Below the pieces are notes generated by a model, which was given only the letters and a program-made list of their open reading frames with translations, did not search any database and had not been told where the DNA came from. Below are positions 56,223-64,000 of a DNA stretch of 64,000 nucleotides, one piece after another; position 1 is the first letter of the stretch; each line of letters begins with the position of its first letter. Origin of the DNA: Gaiellaceae bacterium (lineage in GTDB: Bacteria > Actinomycetota > Thermoleophilia > Gaiellales > Gaiellaceae); the NCBI GenBank assembly GCA_035764165.1, contig DASTZS010000028.1, positions 20,522 to 84,521 on the forward strand, written 5' to 3'. The position numbers were made by a program, and so were the translations under genes.

Positions 56223-57329
56223 ATGGGGCAGAACGCCGACTTCATGCCGATCGACGGCTGGGACCACCTCGAGCTCTACGTCGGCAACGCGAAGCAGGCC
56301 GCGTTCTTCTACGAGCACGCATTCGGTTTCACACAGACGGCCTACGCCGGTCCGGAGACAGGCGTTCGCGATCGTGCCTCATATGTGCTCGAGCAGGGCG
56401 ACATCCGTTTCGTGCTCACAAGCGGCCTGCGCGGAGACAGCGAGATCACGCGGTTCGCCTGCGCGCACGGCGACGCGGTCAAGGACACCGCGCTCACGGT
56501 TCCGAGTGCGGCGAATGCCTACCGCGAGGCGGTCGACCGCGGCGCCCGCGGCGTCCGCGACCCCCACTGGGTGCAGGACGAGTTCGGGCGCGTCGAGCTC
56601 GCGACGATCGCGACCTACGGCGACAACGTCCACACGTTCGTCAACCGCAATGACTATTCCGGTCCCTTCCTGCCCGGCTTCCAGGAGGTTGCGAGGACGA
56701 ATGGGCAGCCCGCGACCGGTGTCGGCCTGCAGTCGATCGACCATGTCGTCGGCAACGTCGAGCTCGGCCGGATGGACTACTGGGTCGAGTTCTACGAGCG
56801 GACGATGGGGTTCACGAACATCATCCACTTCGGCGACGAGCAGATCCACACCGAGTACTCGGCGCTGATGTCGAAGGTGATGGCGGACGGCGAAGGGAAG
56901 ATCAAGTTTCCGATCAACGAGCCCGCGGAGGGCAAGCGCAAGAGTCAGATCGAGGAGTACCTCGAGTACTGTGGCGGCCCCGGTGTGCAGCACGTCGCGC
57001 TGCAGTCCGAGGACATCGTGCGCACGGTCGAGACGCTGCAGGACCGCGGCGTCGTGTTCCTCTCGACGCCCGAGGCGTACTACGAAGAGGCTTGTGTTCG
57101 GGTGGGCGAGATCGGCGAGGACTGGGACGACTTGCGCCGGCTGCGCATCCTTGTCGACCGTGACGAGGACGGCTATCTCCTGCAGATCTTCACGAAGACC
57201 GCGCAGGACCGGCCGACGCTCTTCTTCGAGGTAATCGAGCGCCACGGAGCCCGCGGGTTCGGCGAGGGCAACTTCAAGGCCCTCTTCGAGGCGATCGAGC
57301 GCGAACAGGCTCTGCGCGGCAATCTCTAG
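56223..57329 (+). CDS. hppD: 4-hydroxyphenylpyruvate dioxygenase
   Basis: 368 aa with WDHLELYVGNAKQAAFFYEHAFGF, IDHVVGNVE, GVQHVAL and the C-terminal FGEGNFKALFEAIEREQ. Confidence 0.9.
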   Translation: MGQNADFMPIDGWDHLELYVGNAKQAAFFYEHAFGFTQTAYAGPETGVRDRASYVLEQGDIRFVLTSGLRGDSEITRFACAHGDAVKDTALTVPSAANAYREAVDRGARGVRDPHWVQDEFGRVELATIATYGDNVHTFVNRNDYSGPFLPGFQEVARTNGQPATGVGLQSIDHVVGNVELGRMDYWVEFYERTMGFTNIIHFGDEQIHTEYSALMSKVMADGEGKIKFPINEPAEGKRKSQIEEYLEYCGGPGVQHVALQSEDIVRTVETLQDRGVVFLSTPEAYYEEACVRVGEIGEDWDDLRRLRILVDRDEDGYLLQIFTKTAQDRPTLFFEVIERHGARGFGEGNFKALFEAIEREQALRGNL

Positions 57330-57600
57330 CGCCCCTTCCAGTAGTGCCGTCTAGCTTCTGGGTCGCGAGCACCAAGCCAGAGGCCGCACTCGACCGAAGA
57401 AAGGCTGGGCTGCCTTGCTGGCAGAAGAGGGTGGACTCTGGCGCCGTGTGATCGCGGGCCAGAAGCAGGAATGTAGTGCTGGAAGGGGCACTAGGTAGCC
57501 GCCAGAGGCACCGAGGTCCCCCGGCAGGCCGCAAGAGGCCGGCGGCGGCGGCATCTACTCCACGGACAGGAAAACCCAGCAAAGGAGTGGAAAAATACCG

Positions 57601-58233
57601 ATGCGCCGCATCATCATTCCGTTCGTCCTGCTCGTGGGGTTGCTGACGCTGGCTGCGACAGGCCTCGCCGATCCGGGCGACAAAGGCAAGGGCAAGAAAC
57701 AGGGCAAGAACAAGTTCAGCTTCACGCTCACGAACACGGACAATCGCTGCGACGGCAGTGGAGCGTGGGCGACGCTGAACGAGAATCGCACCTACCAGGT
57801 GCACGACAACGGCGACGGAACGTTCAGGCTGCGTAGAGTCAGCAAGGGGACGTTCACGACGATCGCCGGAACGAGTCCAGGCAACTGCCCGGCGAACAAG
57901 AGCAAGCACGGCCACTTGATTCGTGCCGGAGTCACCGGCCGTTTTGGGGGCTATCTCGAAGGCACCATTACGGGCGGGACGTTCAATAAGAATGCAACCT
58001 GTGTGGCTGCGTGCTTCACGAACGATTTCGTCACGACGTTCTTCGGCGCAGGTGCCGTCTTCACGTGTGACGGTGCCACGAACAGCACCGACTGCAAGTT
58101 CAACTTCAACTACACGGCGCCCGCGCGCGCGGCCAATCGCCCGCGGTTGCTCGTGCGCAAGTGGCAGGATCGTGGGAAGGGCTCCGGTACCACGCTGAAG
58201 GAGCACTTCCAGGGCGACATCGCCAGCTCGTAG
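57601..58233 (+). CDS. Secreted Cys-containing protein, unknown function
   Basis: 210 aa with the signal peptide MRRIIIPFVLLVGLLTLAATGLA, a Lys/Gly-rich stretch and 6 Cys. AAAGGAG lies 14 nt upstream. GC is somewhat lower than in neighbouring genes. Confidence 0.65.
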   Translation: MRRIIIPFVLLVGLLTLAATGLADPGDKGKGKKQGKNKFSFTLTNTDNRCDGSGAWATLNENRTYQVHDNGDGTFRLRRVSKGTFTTIAGTSPGNCPANKSKHGHLIRAGVTGRFGGYLEGTITGGTFNKNATCVAACFTNDFVTTFFGAGAVFTCDGATNSTDCKFNFNYTAPARAANRPRLLVRKWQDRGKGSGTTLKEHFQGDIASS

Positions 58234-58254
58234 CTATCTGAGACACCAGAGACC

Positions 58255-58288
58255 GGAAGAGCCCGCCTCGGCGGGCTCTTCCGTTTTA
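58255..58288 (+). terminator. Rho-independent terminator
   Basis: GGAAGAGCCCGCC-TCG-GGCGGGCTCTTCC followed by GTTTTA, 22 nt after the stop. Confidence 0.75.
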
Positions 58289-58296
58289 CTTGGCAG

Positions 58297-59649
58297 GTGC
58301 ATCCGCAGCGGCGAACCGCGCTCGTCTCGGTGGTGGCGGCGATCCTGCTCATCGCGCTCAAGCTGGGCGCGGGACTGGCTGCGCACAGCCTCGGCCTCGT
58401 CTCGGAGGCGTTGCACTCGGGAACCGACCTCGTCGCGGCCCTTCTCACCTTCTTCGCAGTCGGCGTGGCCGTGCGTCCGGCCGACGTGTCGCATCAGTAT
58501 GGCCACGGCAAAGCGGAGCACCTTGCCGCGCTCGCCGAGGCGACGATCCTCGTCGCGGCCAGCTGGTTCATCGCGTGGCGTGCGCTCACGCACCTCGTCG
58601 GCGGCCGCGAGTCGCACGTCGAGGCGACGTGGTACGCGTTCCTCGTCATCGGGATCGTGATCGCCGTCGACCTCAGCCGCACTCTCGTCCTCTGGCGCGC
58701 TTCGCGGAGATACCGCAGCGCGGCACTGGCCTCGAACGCGCTGCATTTCGCGAGCGACCTGGCGGGATCGTTCGCGGTGCTCGTCGGGCTGATCCTCGTG
58801 CACGCCGGGCAGAGGCGCGCGGACTCGGCCGCTGCGCTCTTCGTCGCGATGCTCGTGCTCCTCGCCGCGGCGCGGCTGATGAAGCGAAATGTCGACGTGC
58901 TCATGGACCGTGCGCCCGCCGACGCGCAGCAGGCGGCACGGCTTGCGATTGCCGGCATCGAGCCACCGGTGGCGCTCGAGCGACTGCGCATGCGCCAGGC
59001 CGGCCCGCGTCAGTTCATGGACGTCGTGATCAGCGTCGCGCCGGGTGCCGCGGTGGGGCAGGGACATGCGGCCGCCGACCGGGTCGAGGAGGCGCTCAAC
59101 GCGGCGCTGCCAGGTAGCGACGTCGTCGTGCACGTCGAGCCGAGGGAGGACGACGCCGCGATCCGCGAGCGCGCCCACGCGGCGGCTCTCGGTGTTCCCT
59201 CCGTTCGTGAGGTGCACAACGTCAGCGTGCTGGACGTCGGTGGGCGCACCGAGGTGTCGCTGCACCTGAAGCTACCGGGAGAAGTCAGCCTCGAGCACGC
59301 TCATGAGGTCGCCAACCAGGTGGAGGACGCCATCACTGCTGCGGTTCCGGAGGTCGACGCGGTGCAGACGCATATCGAGCCGCTCGCCGAGGAGGGTGCG
59401 GGGACGCGGATCGACGACGACGCTGCGGAGCGCGATGTGGTGCGGCAGATCGTGCGCGAGGTGACGGGCCAGGAGCCGCGAGAGCTGCGCTTCGTCACGA
59501 CGGGCGACGGCGTGCTTGCGTACGTCACGCTCGGACTGGATCCTGCGAGCCCCCTGGCCGAGGCGCATGCGCGCGCCAGCGAGATCGAAGAGCGGATCCG
59601 ACAGGTGCGGCCCGACATCGCCGACGTCATCGTCCACACGGAGCCCTAG
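58297..59649 (+). CDS. Cation diffusion facilitator (CDF) transporter with three tandem C-terminal domains
   Basis: 450 aa. The TM domain carries SEALHSGTDL and HQYGHGKAEH. Three ZT_dimer-like repeats follow, each ending in H-x-EP (VVVHVEP, VQTHIEP, VIVHTEP). Confidence 0.8.
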   Translation: MHPQRRTALVSVVAAILLIALKLGAGLAAHSLGLVSEALHSGTDLVAALLTFFAVGVAVRPADVSHQYGHGKAEHLAALAEATILVAASWFIAWRALTHLVGGRESHVEATWYAFLVIGIVIAVDLSRTLVLWRASRRYRSAALASNALHFASDLAGSFAVLVGLILVHAGQRRADSAAALFVAMLVLLAAARLMKRNVDVLMDRAPADAQQAARLAIAGIEPPVALERLRMRQAGPRQFMDVVISVAPGAAVGQGHAAADRVEEALNAALPGSDVVVHVEPREDDAAIRERAHAAALGVPSVREVHNVSVLDVGGRTEVSLHLKLPGEVSLEHAHEVANQVEDAITAAVPEVDAVQTHIEPLAEEGAGTRIDDDAAERDVVRQIVREVTGQEPRELRFVTTGDGVLAYVTLGLDPASPLAEAHARASEIEERIRQVRPDIADVIVHTEP

Positions 59650-59665
59650 TGGTGCGACCCCAAAT

Positions 59666-59680
59666 CGGTGCCAGGCACCG
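59666..59680. promoter_or_regulatory. Perfect 15-bp palindrome CGGTGCCAGGCACCG
   Basis: Read directly, 17 nt after the CDF stop. The core GGTGCCAGGCAC recurs at 59769-59780 just upstream of the FAH-family start. Confidence 0.4.
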
Positions 59681-59733
59681 AAACGAGACTGTGACGACGA
59701 GCGCAAGACTTTCACTGTTCTCCCTGCAAGCGG

Positions 59734-59775
59734 GGCGAATTCACCCCGGTGCCAGGCGAATTCACCCCGGTGCCA
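59734..59775. repeat. Perfect tandem duplication of a 21-bp unit GGCGAATTCACCCCGGTGCCA
   Basis: Units at 59734-59754 and 59755-59775 are identical, and a third partial start (GGCAC) follows. Confidence 0.9.
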
Positions 59776-59806
59776 GGCACAGAGACGAAAGTGTGACGGG
59801 ACTGTC

Positions 59807-60628
59807 ATGAGACTCTGCATGTTCACTCCGCGGGACCTCCAGCTCGAGCGCGGCTGGCCCGGGATCGTCGAGGGCGACACGGTCGTCCAGGTCGCCGCCC
59901 AGACGCTGCAGGCGTTCTTCACCGGCGGGGGCAGGGCACGCCGCCACGCGGAGTACCCACTTGCAGAGGTCGAGCTCAGGCCGCCGGTTCTCCACCCGCC
60001 GTCGGTACGCGACTTCTACGCCTTCGAGCAGCACGTCAAGACGGCACGCGCGTCCCGTGGGCTCGAGGTGCCGCCCGAGTGGTACGAAATCCCCGTCTTC
60101 TACTTCTCCAACCCGGCTGCGATCTACGGTCCAGAGGACGAGATCCCGCGGCCGCCGGACACGAAGGAGCTCGACTACGAGCTCGAGGTCGCAGCGGTGA
60201 TCGGTGCGGAAGGCCGGATCGGCGGGTTCACAATCATGAACGACTGGTCCGCACGGGATCTGCAACGAGCGGAGATGAAGGTCGGCCTCGGCCCGTCGAA
60301 AGGCAAGGACTTCGCGACGAGCCTCGGTCCGGTGGTCGTGACCCCCGACGAGTTCGACGGCTCGAGCGGGGTGATGGTCGCGCGGGTGAACGGGGAAGAG
60401 CGCTCACGCGGAAATCTCGCGGACATGCAGCACTCGTGGGAGGCGATCGTCGCTCACGCGGCGCGCAACACCCACCTCCGGCCCGGCGACGTCCTCGGCT
60501 CGGGCACCGTCGGAACAGGATGCATCCTCGAGCACGGCGACGGGCGCTGGCTGCAGCCGGGGGACGTCGTCGAGCTCGGGGTGGAGGGGATCGGCGTCCT
60601 CAGAAACCGGGTTGCCCGAGGCTCCTAA
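59807..60628 (+). CDS. Fumarylacetoacetate hydrolase (FAH) family protein
   Basis: I prefer ATG 59807 (MRLCMFTP...). It has a FAH-fold C-terminal domain (DYELEVAAVIG, NDWSARDLQ, GKDFATSLGP, GDVLGSGT). Confidence 0.8.
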   Translation: MRLCMFTPRDLQLERGWPGIVEGDTVVQVAAQTLQAFFTGGGRARRHAEYPLAEVELRPPVLHPPSVRDFYAFEQHVKTARASRGLEVPPEWYEIPVFYFSNPAAIYGPEDEIPRPPDTKELDYELEVAAVIGAEGRIGGFTIMNDWSARDLQRAEMKVGLGPSKGKDFATSLGPVVVTPDEFDGSSGVMVARVNGEERSRGNLADMQHSWEAIVAHAARNTHLRPGDVLGSGTVGTGCILEHGDGRWLQPGDVVELGVEGIGVLRNRVARGS

Positions 60629-60821
60629 CACGATCCCTGATGTTCGCGGCGCTGACGGCCGCGGGGGGCGGTCAGTGCGAGCTCGGTTGCGGGTCGAGAG
60701 CCGCTGCCGGTCGTGAGCAGCAGCACGACGGCCTCGACCACCACTCGTACCCGCGCTGTCAAGCGCTTCCACAGCAAGCCCGCGACATCAAGAATCTTCA
60801 TCACCGCAAGAAGTAACGACT

Positions 60822-60859
60822 GAGCTCCGGCCGGGGCGCCGCAGCTTCGGCCGGAGCTC
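60822..60859. other. Perfect 12-bp-stem hairpin GAGCTCCGGCCG-N14-CGGCCGGAGCTC
   Basis: Read directly, in the 280-bp gap between the FAH-family and MerR genes. There is no U-tract on either strand. Confidence 0.4.
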
Positions 60860-60908
60860 CATTGTCCGCGCGCGATCGCTTGACTCTGCCCGAGGGACAA
60901 GCATCATC

Positions 60909-61661
60909 GTGAGCGTCGACATGGAGAACCTGATGCCGATCGGCGAGTTCGCCTCCGCCTCGCGGCTCTCCCAGAAGGCGCTGCGCCTCTACGGCGAGAA
61001 AGGCCTGCTCCCGCCCGCGTGGGTCGACCCCGACTCGGGCTACCGCTACTACGCCGTTCACCAACTGCACGAGGCGACGCTGATCGCGCTCCTGCGGCGG
61101 GCCGGCATGCCGCTGGCAGAGATCCGCGCCTTCCTCCGTGCGCCGAGCGTCGACCGGCTGGAGGACTACGAGCGCCAGGTCGCCGAGGACTTCGCCGAAC
61201 GCCGCCGCGTTCTCCGCTACGTGAAATGCGTCCTGAAGGAGGAGCTCATGTACGACGTCCTCACCAAGCAGGTCGAGGAGCAACGCTACGTCAGCCGGTC
61301 GAAGCGCGTCCTCGTCCCCGAGCTGATGTCATACATCACGTCCACGTTCGAACAGCTCGGCGCCGCCGAGGGCGGGCTGCCCTTCGTCCTCTACCACGGC
61401 GCCGTCACGGCGGAGGAGGACGGCCCGGTCGAGGTCTGCGTGCCGAAGCCGGTGGGAGACAAGACGCTCCCGGCCGGCGAGGTCGCGTTCGTCGAGATCA
61501 GCGGCAGCCAGTGCGACTTCCCCGAGATCCTGGGCGCGTACGAGGCGGTGTACCGCTGGGCGAAGGAGCAGGGCCGGGAGCCGGACGGGCCCTCGCGCGA
61601 GATCTACCTCCGCGGCCCCGGGAACGACGAACAGCTCGAGATCGCCTTGCCACTGCGCTGA
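60909..61661 (+). CDS. MerR-family regulator with GyrI-like effector-binding domain
   Basis: The HTH is MPIGEFASASRLSQKALRLYGEKGLLPPAWVDPDSGYRYY. A C-terminal GyrI/AraC_E_bind-like part follows. An alternative start is ATG 60933. Confidence 0.8.
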   Translation: MSVDMENLMPIGEFASASRLSQKALRLYGEKGLLPPAWVDPDSGYRYYAVHQLHEATLIALLRRAGMPLAEIRAFLRAPSVDRLEDYERQVAEDFAERRRVLRYVKCVLKEELMYDVLTKQVEEQRYVSRSKRVLVPELMSYITSTFEQLGAAEGGLPFVLYHGAVTAEEDGPVEVCVPKPVGDKTLPAGEVAFVEISGSQCDFPEILGAYEAVYRWAKEQGREPDGPSREIYLRGPGNDEQLEIALPLR

Positions 61662-61674
61662 GAAGATAGGCGGC

Positions 61675-62670
61675 GTGCAGGCAGAAGTCGTCGTCGTCGG
61701 AGCGGGGATCATGGGCTCGGCCACGGCATACGTGCTCGCGAAGGAGGGCCGTGACGTGCTGCTCGTCGAGCAGTTCGAGCTCGGGCACGAGCGCGGGTCG
61801 AGTCACGGGCGCTCGCGCATCTTCCGGCTCGCCTATCCGGAAGTCGAATGGGTTGAGCTGGCGCAGGAAGCACTCCACGGCTGGCGGCGCCTCGAGCAGG
61901 AGTCGGGCCTGCAGTTGCTCGAACTCAACGGCCTGGTCGAGGTGGTCGGAGCCCCGGAGAAGACGTCCCGCGATGCGCTTGACGCCGCGGGCGCACGCTA
62001 CGAGCTCCTCGGGTCGGCCGAGGCGCGCCGGCGTTGGCCGATCGGCGTTCCGGACGGGTGGACGGTTCTCTTCCAACCGGACGCCGGGATCGTGCGCGCC
62101 GACCTCGCGCGCAGTGCGTTCGTCGACGCGGCCCGAGCGCATGGAGCCCGGCTCCAGGAAGGCACGAGAATCGACTCGCTCGACCAGGTGGAGGCCGACG
62201 CCGTAGTCGTCACCGCGGGCGCGTGGGCGAAGCGCTTCTTCCCCGACCTCTCGCTGCGCACGACGCGCGAGACCATCGCCTACTTCCATCGCGACGGAGA
62301 GCCGCTGCCGTCGCTGGGTGAGCTCGACCCGGTGACGCGCGGACACGCGCTCTACACACTGCATGATCCCGTCCACGGATTGAAGGCCGGCGTGCACCAC
62401 GGCGGCGTCGACGCCGACCCGGACGACCTCGGCAGGCCCGACCCGGCGCTCGTCGAGCGCGTGACGGAGTGGGTTGGGCGGATGCATCCCGACGCCGATC
62501 CGGAGCCCGTGGCGGTGGAGACGTGCATGTACACGACGACGCCCGACGAACGCTTCGTCCTCGAGCGTCGCGGGCGCGTGGTCGTCGGTTCCGCCTGCTC
62601 GGGACACGGCTTCAAGTTCGCTCCTGCCGTCGGCACCAGACTCGCGCGGTTGGCCGCCGATATCCTCTAG
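61675..62670 (+). CDS. FAD-dependent oxidase, monomeric sarcosine oxidase/N-methyltryptophan oxidase-like
   Basis: 331 aa with the dinucleotide fold VVVVGAGIMGSATAYVLAKEG and CSGHGFKF (covalent-FAD Cys context in MSOX). It is shorter than typical MSOX. Confidence 0.7.
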   Translation: MQAEVVVVGAGIMGSATAYVLAKEGRDVLLVEQFELGHERGSSHGRSRIFRLAYPEVEWVELAQEALHGWRRLEQESGLQLLELNGLVEVVGAPEKTSRDALDAAGARYELLGSAEARRRWPIGVPDGWTVLFQPDAGIVRADLARSAFVDAARAHGARLQEGTRIDSLDQVEADAVVVTAGAWAKRFFPDLSLRTTRETIAYFHRDGEPLPSLGELDPVTRGHALYTLHDPVHGLKAGVHHGGVDADPDDLGRPDPALVERVTEWVGRMHPDADPEPVAVETCMYTTTPDERFVLERRGRVVVGSACSGHGFKFAPAVGTRLARLAADIL

Positions 62671-62672
62671 CC

Positions 62673-63905
62673 ATGCCCTTCTACCAGCGGCTTGGTTCCG
62701 TACCTCCGAAGCGGCATACGCAGTTCCGCGACAACGGCACGCTCCTGACCGAGGAGGTCATGGGCATGGAGGGCTTCGTCGGGATGGAGTCGATCCTCTA
62801 CCACCTCCAGTCGCCGTGCCGCGTGATGAAGGTCGGCAACTTCGAGGAGATCAAGCGCGACGAATGGGTGCCCGACGCGCACGCGCACCGGCACTTGAAG
62901 ACGTACGACGTCGACGCGGAGGGCGACGAGATCACCGGCCGGCGCCTGCTGATGTGGAACGACGACGTCGAGATCTCGCTGGCACGCCCGAAGGAGCAGA
63001 TGGACTACTTCTTCCGCAACGGGGAGGGCGACGAGGTCGTCTTCGTGCACGAGGGCACGGGGACGCTCGAGACGATCTTCGGCAACGTCCCGTACAAGGA
63101 GGGCGACTACATCGTGATCCCGCGCGGGACGACCTACCGGTTCCGGCGTGAGGGCGAGCAGCGCTACCTCGTCTTCGAGTCGCCCGGGATGATCGAGATC
63201 CCGAAGCGCTACCGGAACCAGTACGGCCAGATCCTCGAAGGCGCGCCGTACTACCACCGCGACCTCCATCCGCCGGCTGAGCTGAACACGCATCGCGACA
63301 AGGGCGAGTTCCCGGTCAAGGTGCGCGTGCGCGGCGGCTACCAGACCTACGTCCTCGACTACCACCCCTTCGACGTGGTGGGGTGGGACGGGTACCTCTA
63401 TCCGTGGACGTTCTCGATCCATGACTTCGAGCCGATCACCGGCCGGATCCACCAACCACCGCCGTCACACCAGACGTTCCAGGGGCGCAACTTCGTGATC
63501 TGCTCGTTCTGCCCGCGCAAGCTCGACTTCGACCCGCTTGCGGTGCCGATTCCGTATCACCATTCGAACCTGCAGTCGGAGGAGATGATCTATTACGTTT
63601 CCGGCAAGTTCGGTTCGCGACGTGGGGTCGAGGTCGGCTCGATCACGTTGCATCCCTCCGGGTTGCCGCACGGACCGCAGCCGGGATTGGCGGAGAAGAG
63701 CATCGGCATGCACGAGACGCACGAGCTCGCGGTCATGTGCGACACCTTCCACCCGCTCAAGCTGACGAAGTTCGCCAAGAAGCTCGACGACGGCAAGTAC
63801 GCCTACTCCTGGTACGAGAATGCGCAGGACGGCGGAGCTGCCGAGGAGGCGTCCGTCGACGGCGAGGGCGACGCGAGCGGCGCCGGCCTCACCTCGCACT
63901 TCTAG
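62673..63905 (+). CDS. hmgA: Homogentisate 1,2-dioxygenase (bacterial short form)
   Basis: I prefer ATG 62673 (MPFYQRLGSVPPKRHTQFRDNG...). It has a cupin core and the motif IPYHHSNLQSEEMIYY. It lies in a cluster with hppD and the FAH-family gene. Confidence 0.75.
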   Translation: MPFYQRLGSVPPKRHTQFRDNGTLLTEEVMGMEGFVGMESILYHLQSPCRVMKVGNFEEIKRDEWVPDAHAHRHLKTYDVDAEGDEITGRRLLMWNDDVEISLARPKEQMDYFFRNGEGDEVVFVHEGTGTLETIFGNVPYKEGDYIVIPRGTTYRFRREGEQRYLVFESPGMIEIPKRYRNQYGQILEGAPYYHRDLHPPAELNTHRDKGEFPVKVRVRGGYQTYVLDYHPFDVVGWDGYLYPWTFSIHDFEPITGRIHQPPPSHQTFQGRNFVICSFCPRKLDFDPLAVPIPYHHSNLQSEEMIYYVSGKFGSRRGVEVGSITLHPSGLPHGPQPGLAEKSIGMHETHELAVMCDTFHPLKLTKFAKKLDDGKYAYSWYENAQDGGAAEEASVDGEGDASGAGLTSHF

Positions 63906-64000
63906 CCAGAGCACGCTGCTTCGGTTCGCGTGACTGGGGAGCGACCGGAAGGTTGTTCGGTTCAACCGGGCCGCCGCCTCCACTCAAGCGATTTCAAGCC

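Noticed and set aside
59734-59775. Possible CRISPR array or minisatellite at the 21-bp tandem repeat.
   Set aside because: There are only two contiguous identical units with no spacers, and no cas genes in the window. I treat it as a promoter-region tandem duplication.

Overview
This is a dense, high-GC chromosomal segment; spot counts on single 60-nt lines give about 70-80% GC. It looks actinobacterial: a TCGAAC-N4-GTTCGA LexA box, a PimA-like glycosyltransferase, and frequent GTGA or ATGA stop/start overlaps. I call about 70 CDS, one tRNA-Leu(GAG) and an RNase P RNA. I saw no rRNA, CRISPR array, transposase, integrase or recognisable phage or defence gene.

Main content, left to right:
- tldD/pmbA, tRNA-Leu, lexA with its SOS box, and rnpB.
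- A small accessory stretch: two methyltransferases, a PadR regulator, two apparent gene remnants, a lytic transglycosylase and a GNAT.
- A NarL-type two-component pair, then HDAC-family, 5'-3' exonuclease, plsC, topB and the principal sigma factor.
- Two complete Dpp/Opp-type peptide ABC operons. They flank an SOS-boxed DnaQ/GIY-YIG exonuclease, a Kef/KhtT-type antiporter and an NlpC/P60 peptidase.
- A lower-GC regulatory island: two small LuxR-HTH proteins, a membrane HD-GYP protein and a MalT/LAL-type STAND regulator.
- Envelope genes, xseAB, proline dehydrogenase with an aminotransferase, and fabL.
- A split homogentisate (tyrosine catabolism) cluster: hppD, an FAH-family gene and hmgA.

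I cannot name a clear new multi-gene system. The observations most worth a second look are:
- nested repeats and palindromes in front of the FAH gene;
- the LuxR/HD-GYP/LAL island with its twin palindromes;
- an HDAC-family gene with no canonical start codon;
- a 270-nt leader with mutually exclusive helices;
- a CDF transporter with three tandem C-terminal domains;
- a copy of the rnpB 5' end inside a lexA-coupled zinc-ribbon ORF.

All functional calls rest on motif recognition from memory, not on database searches.
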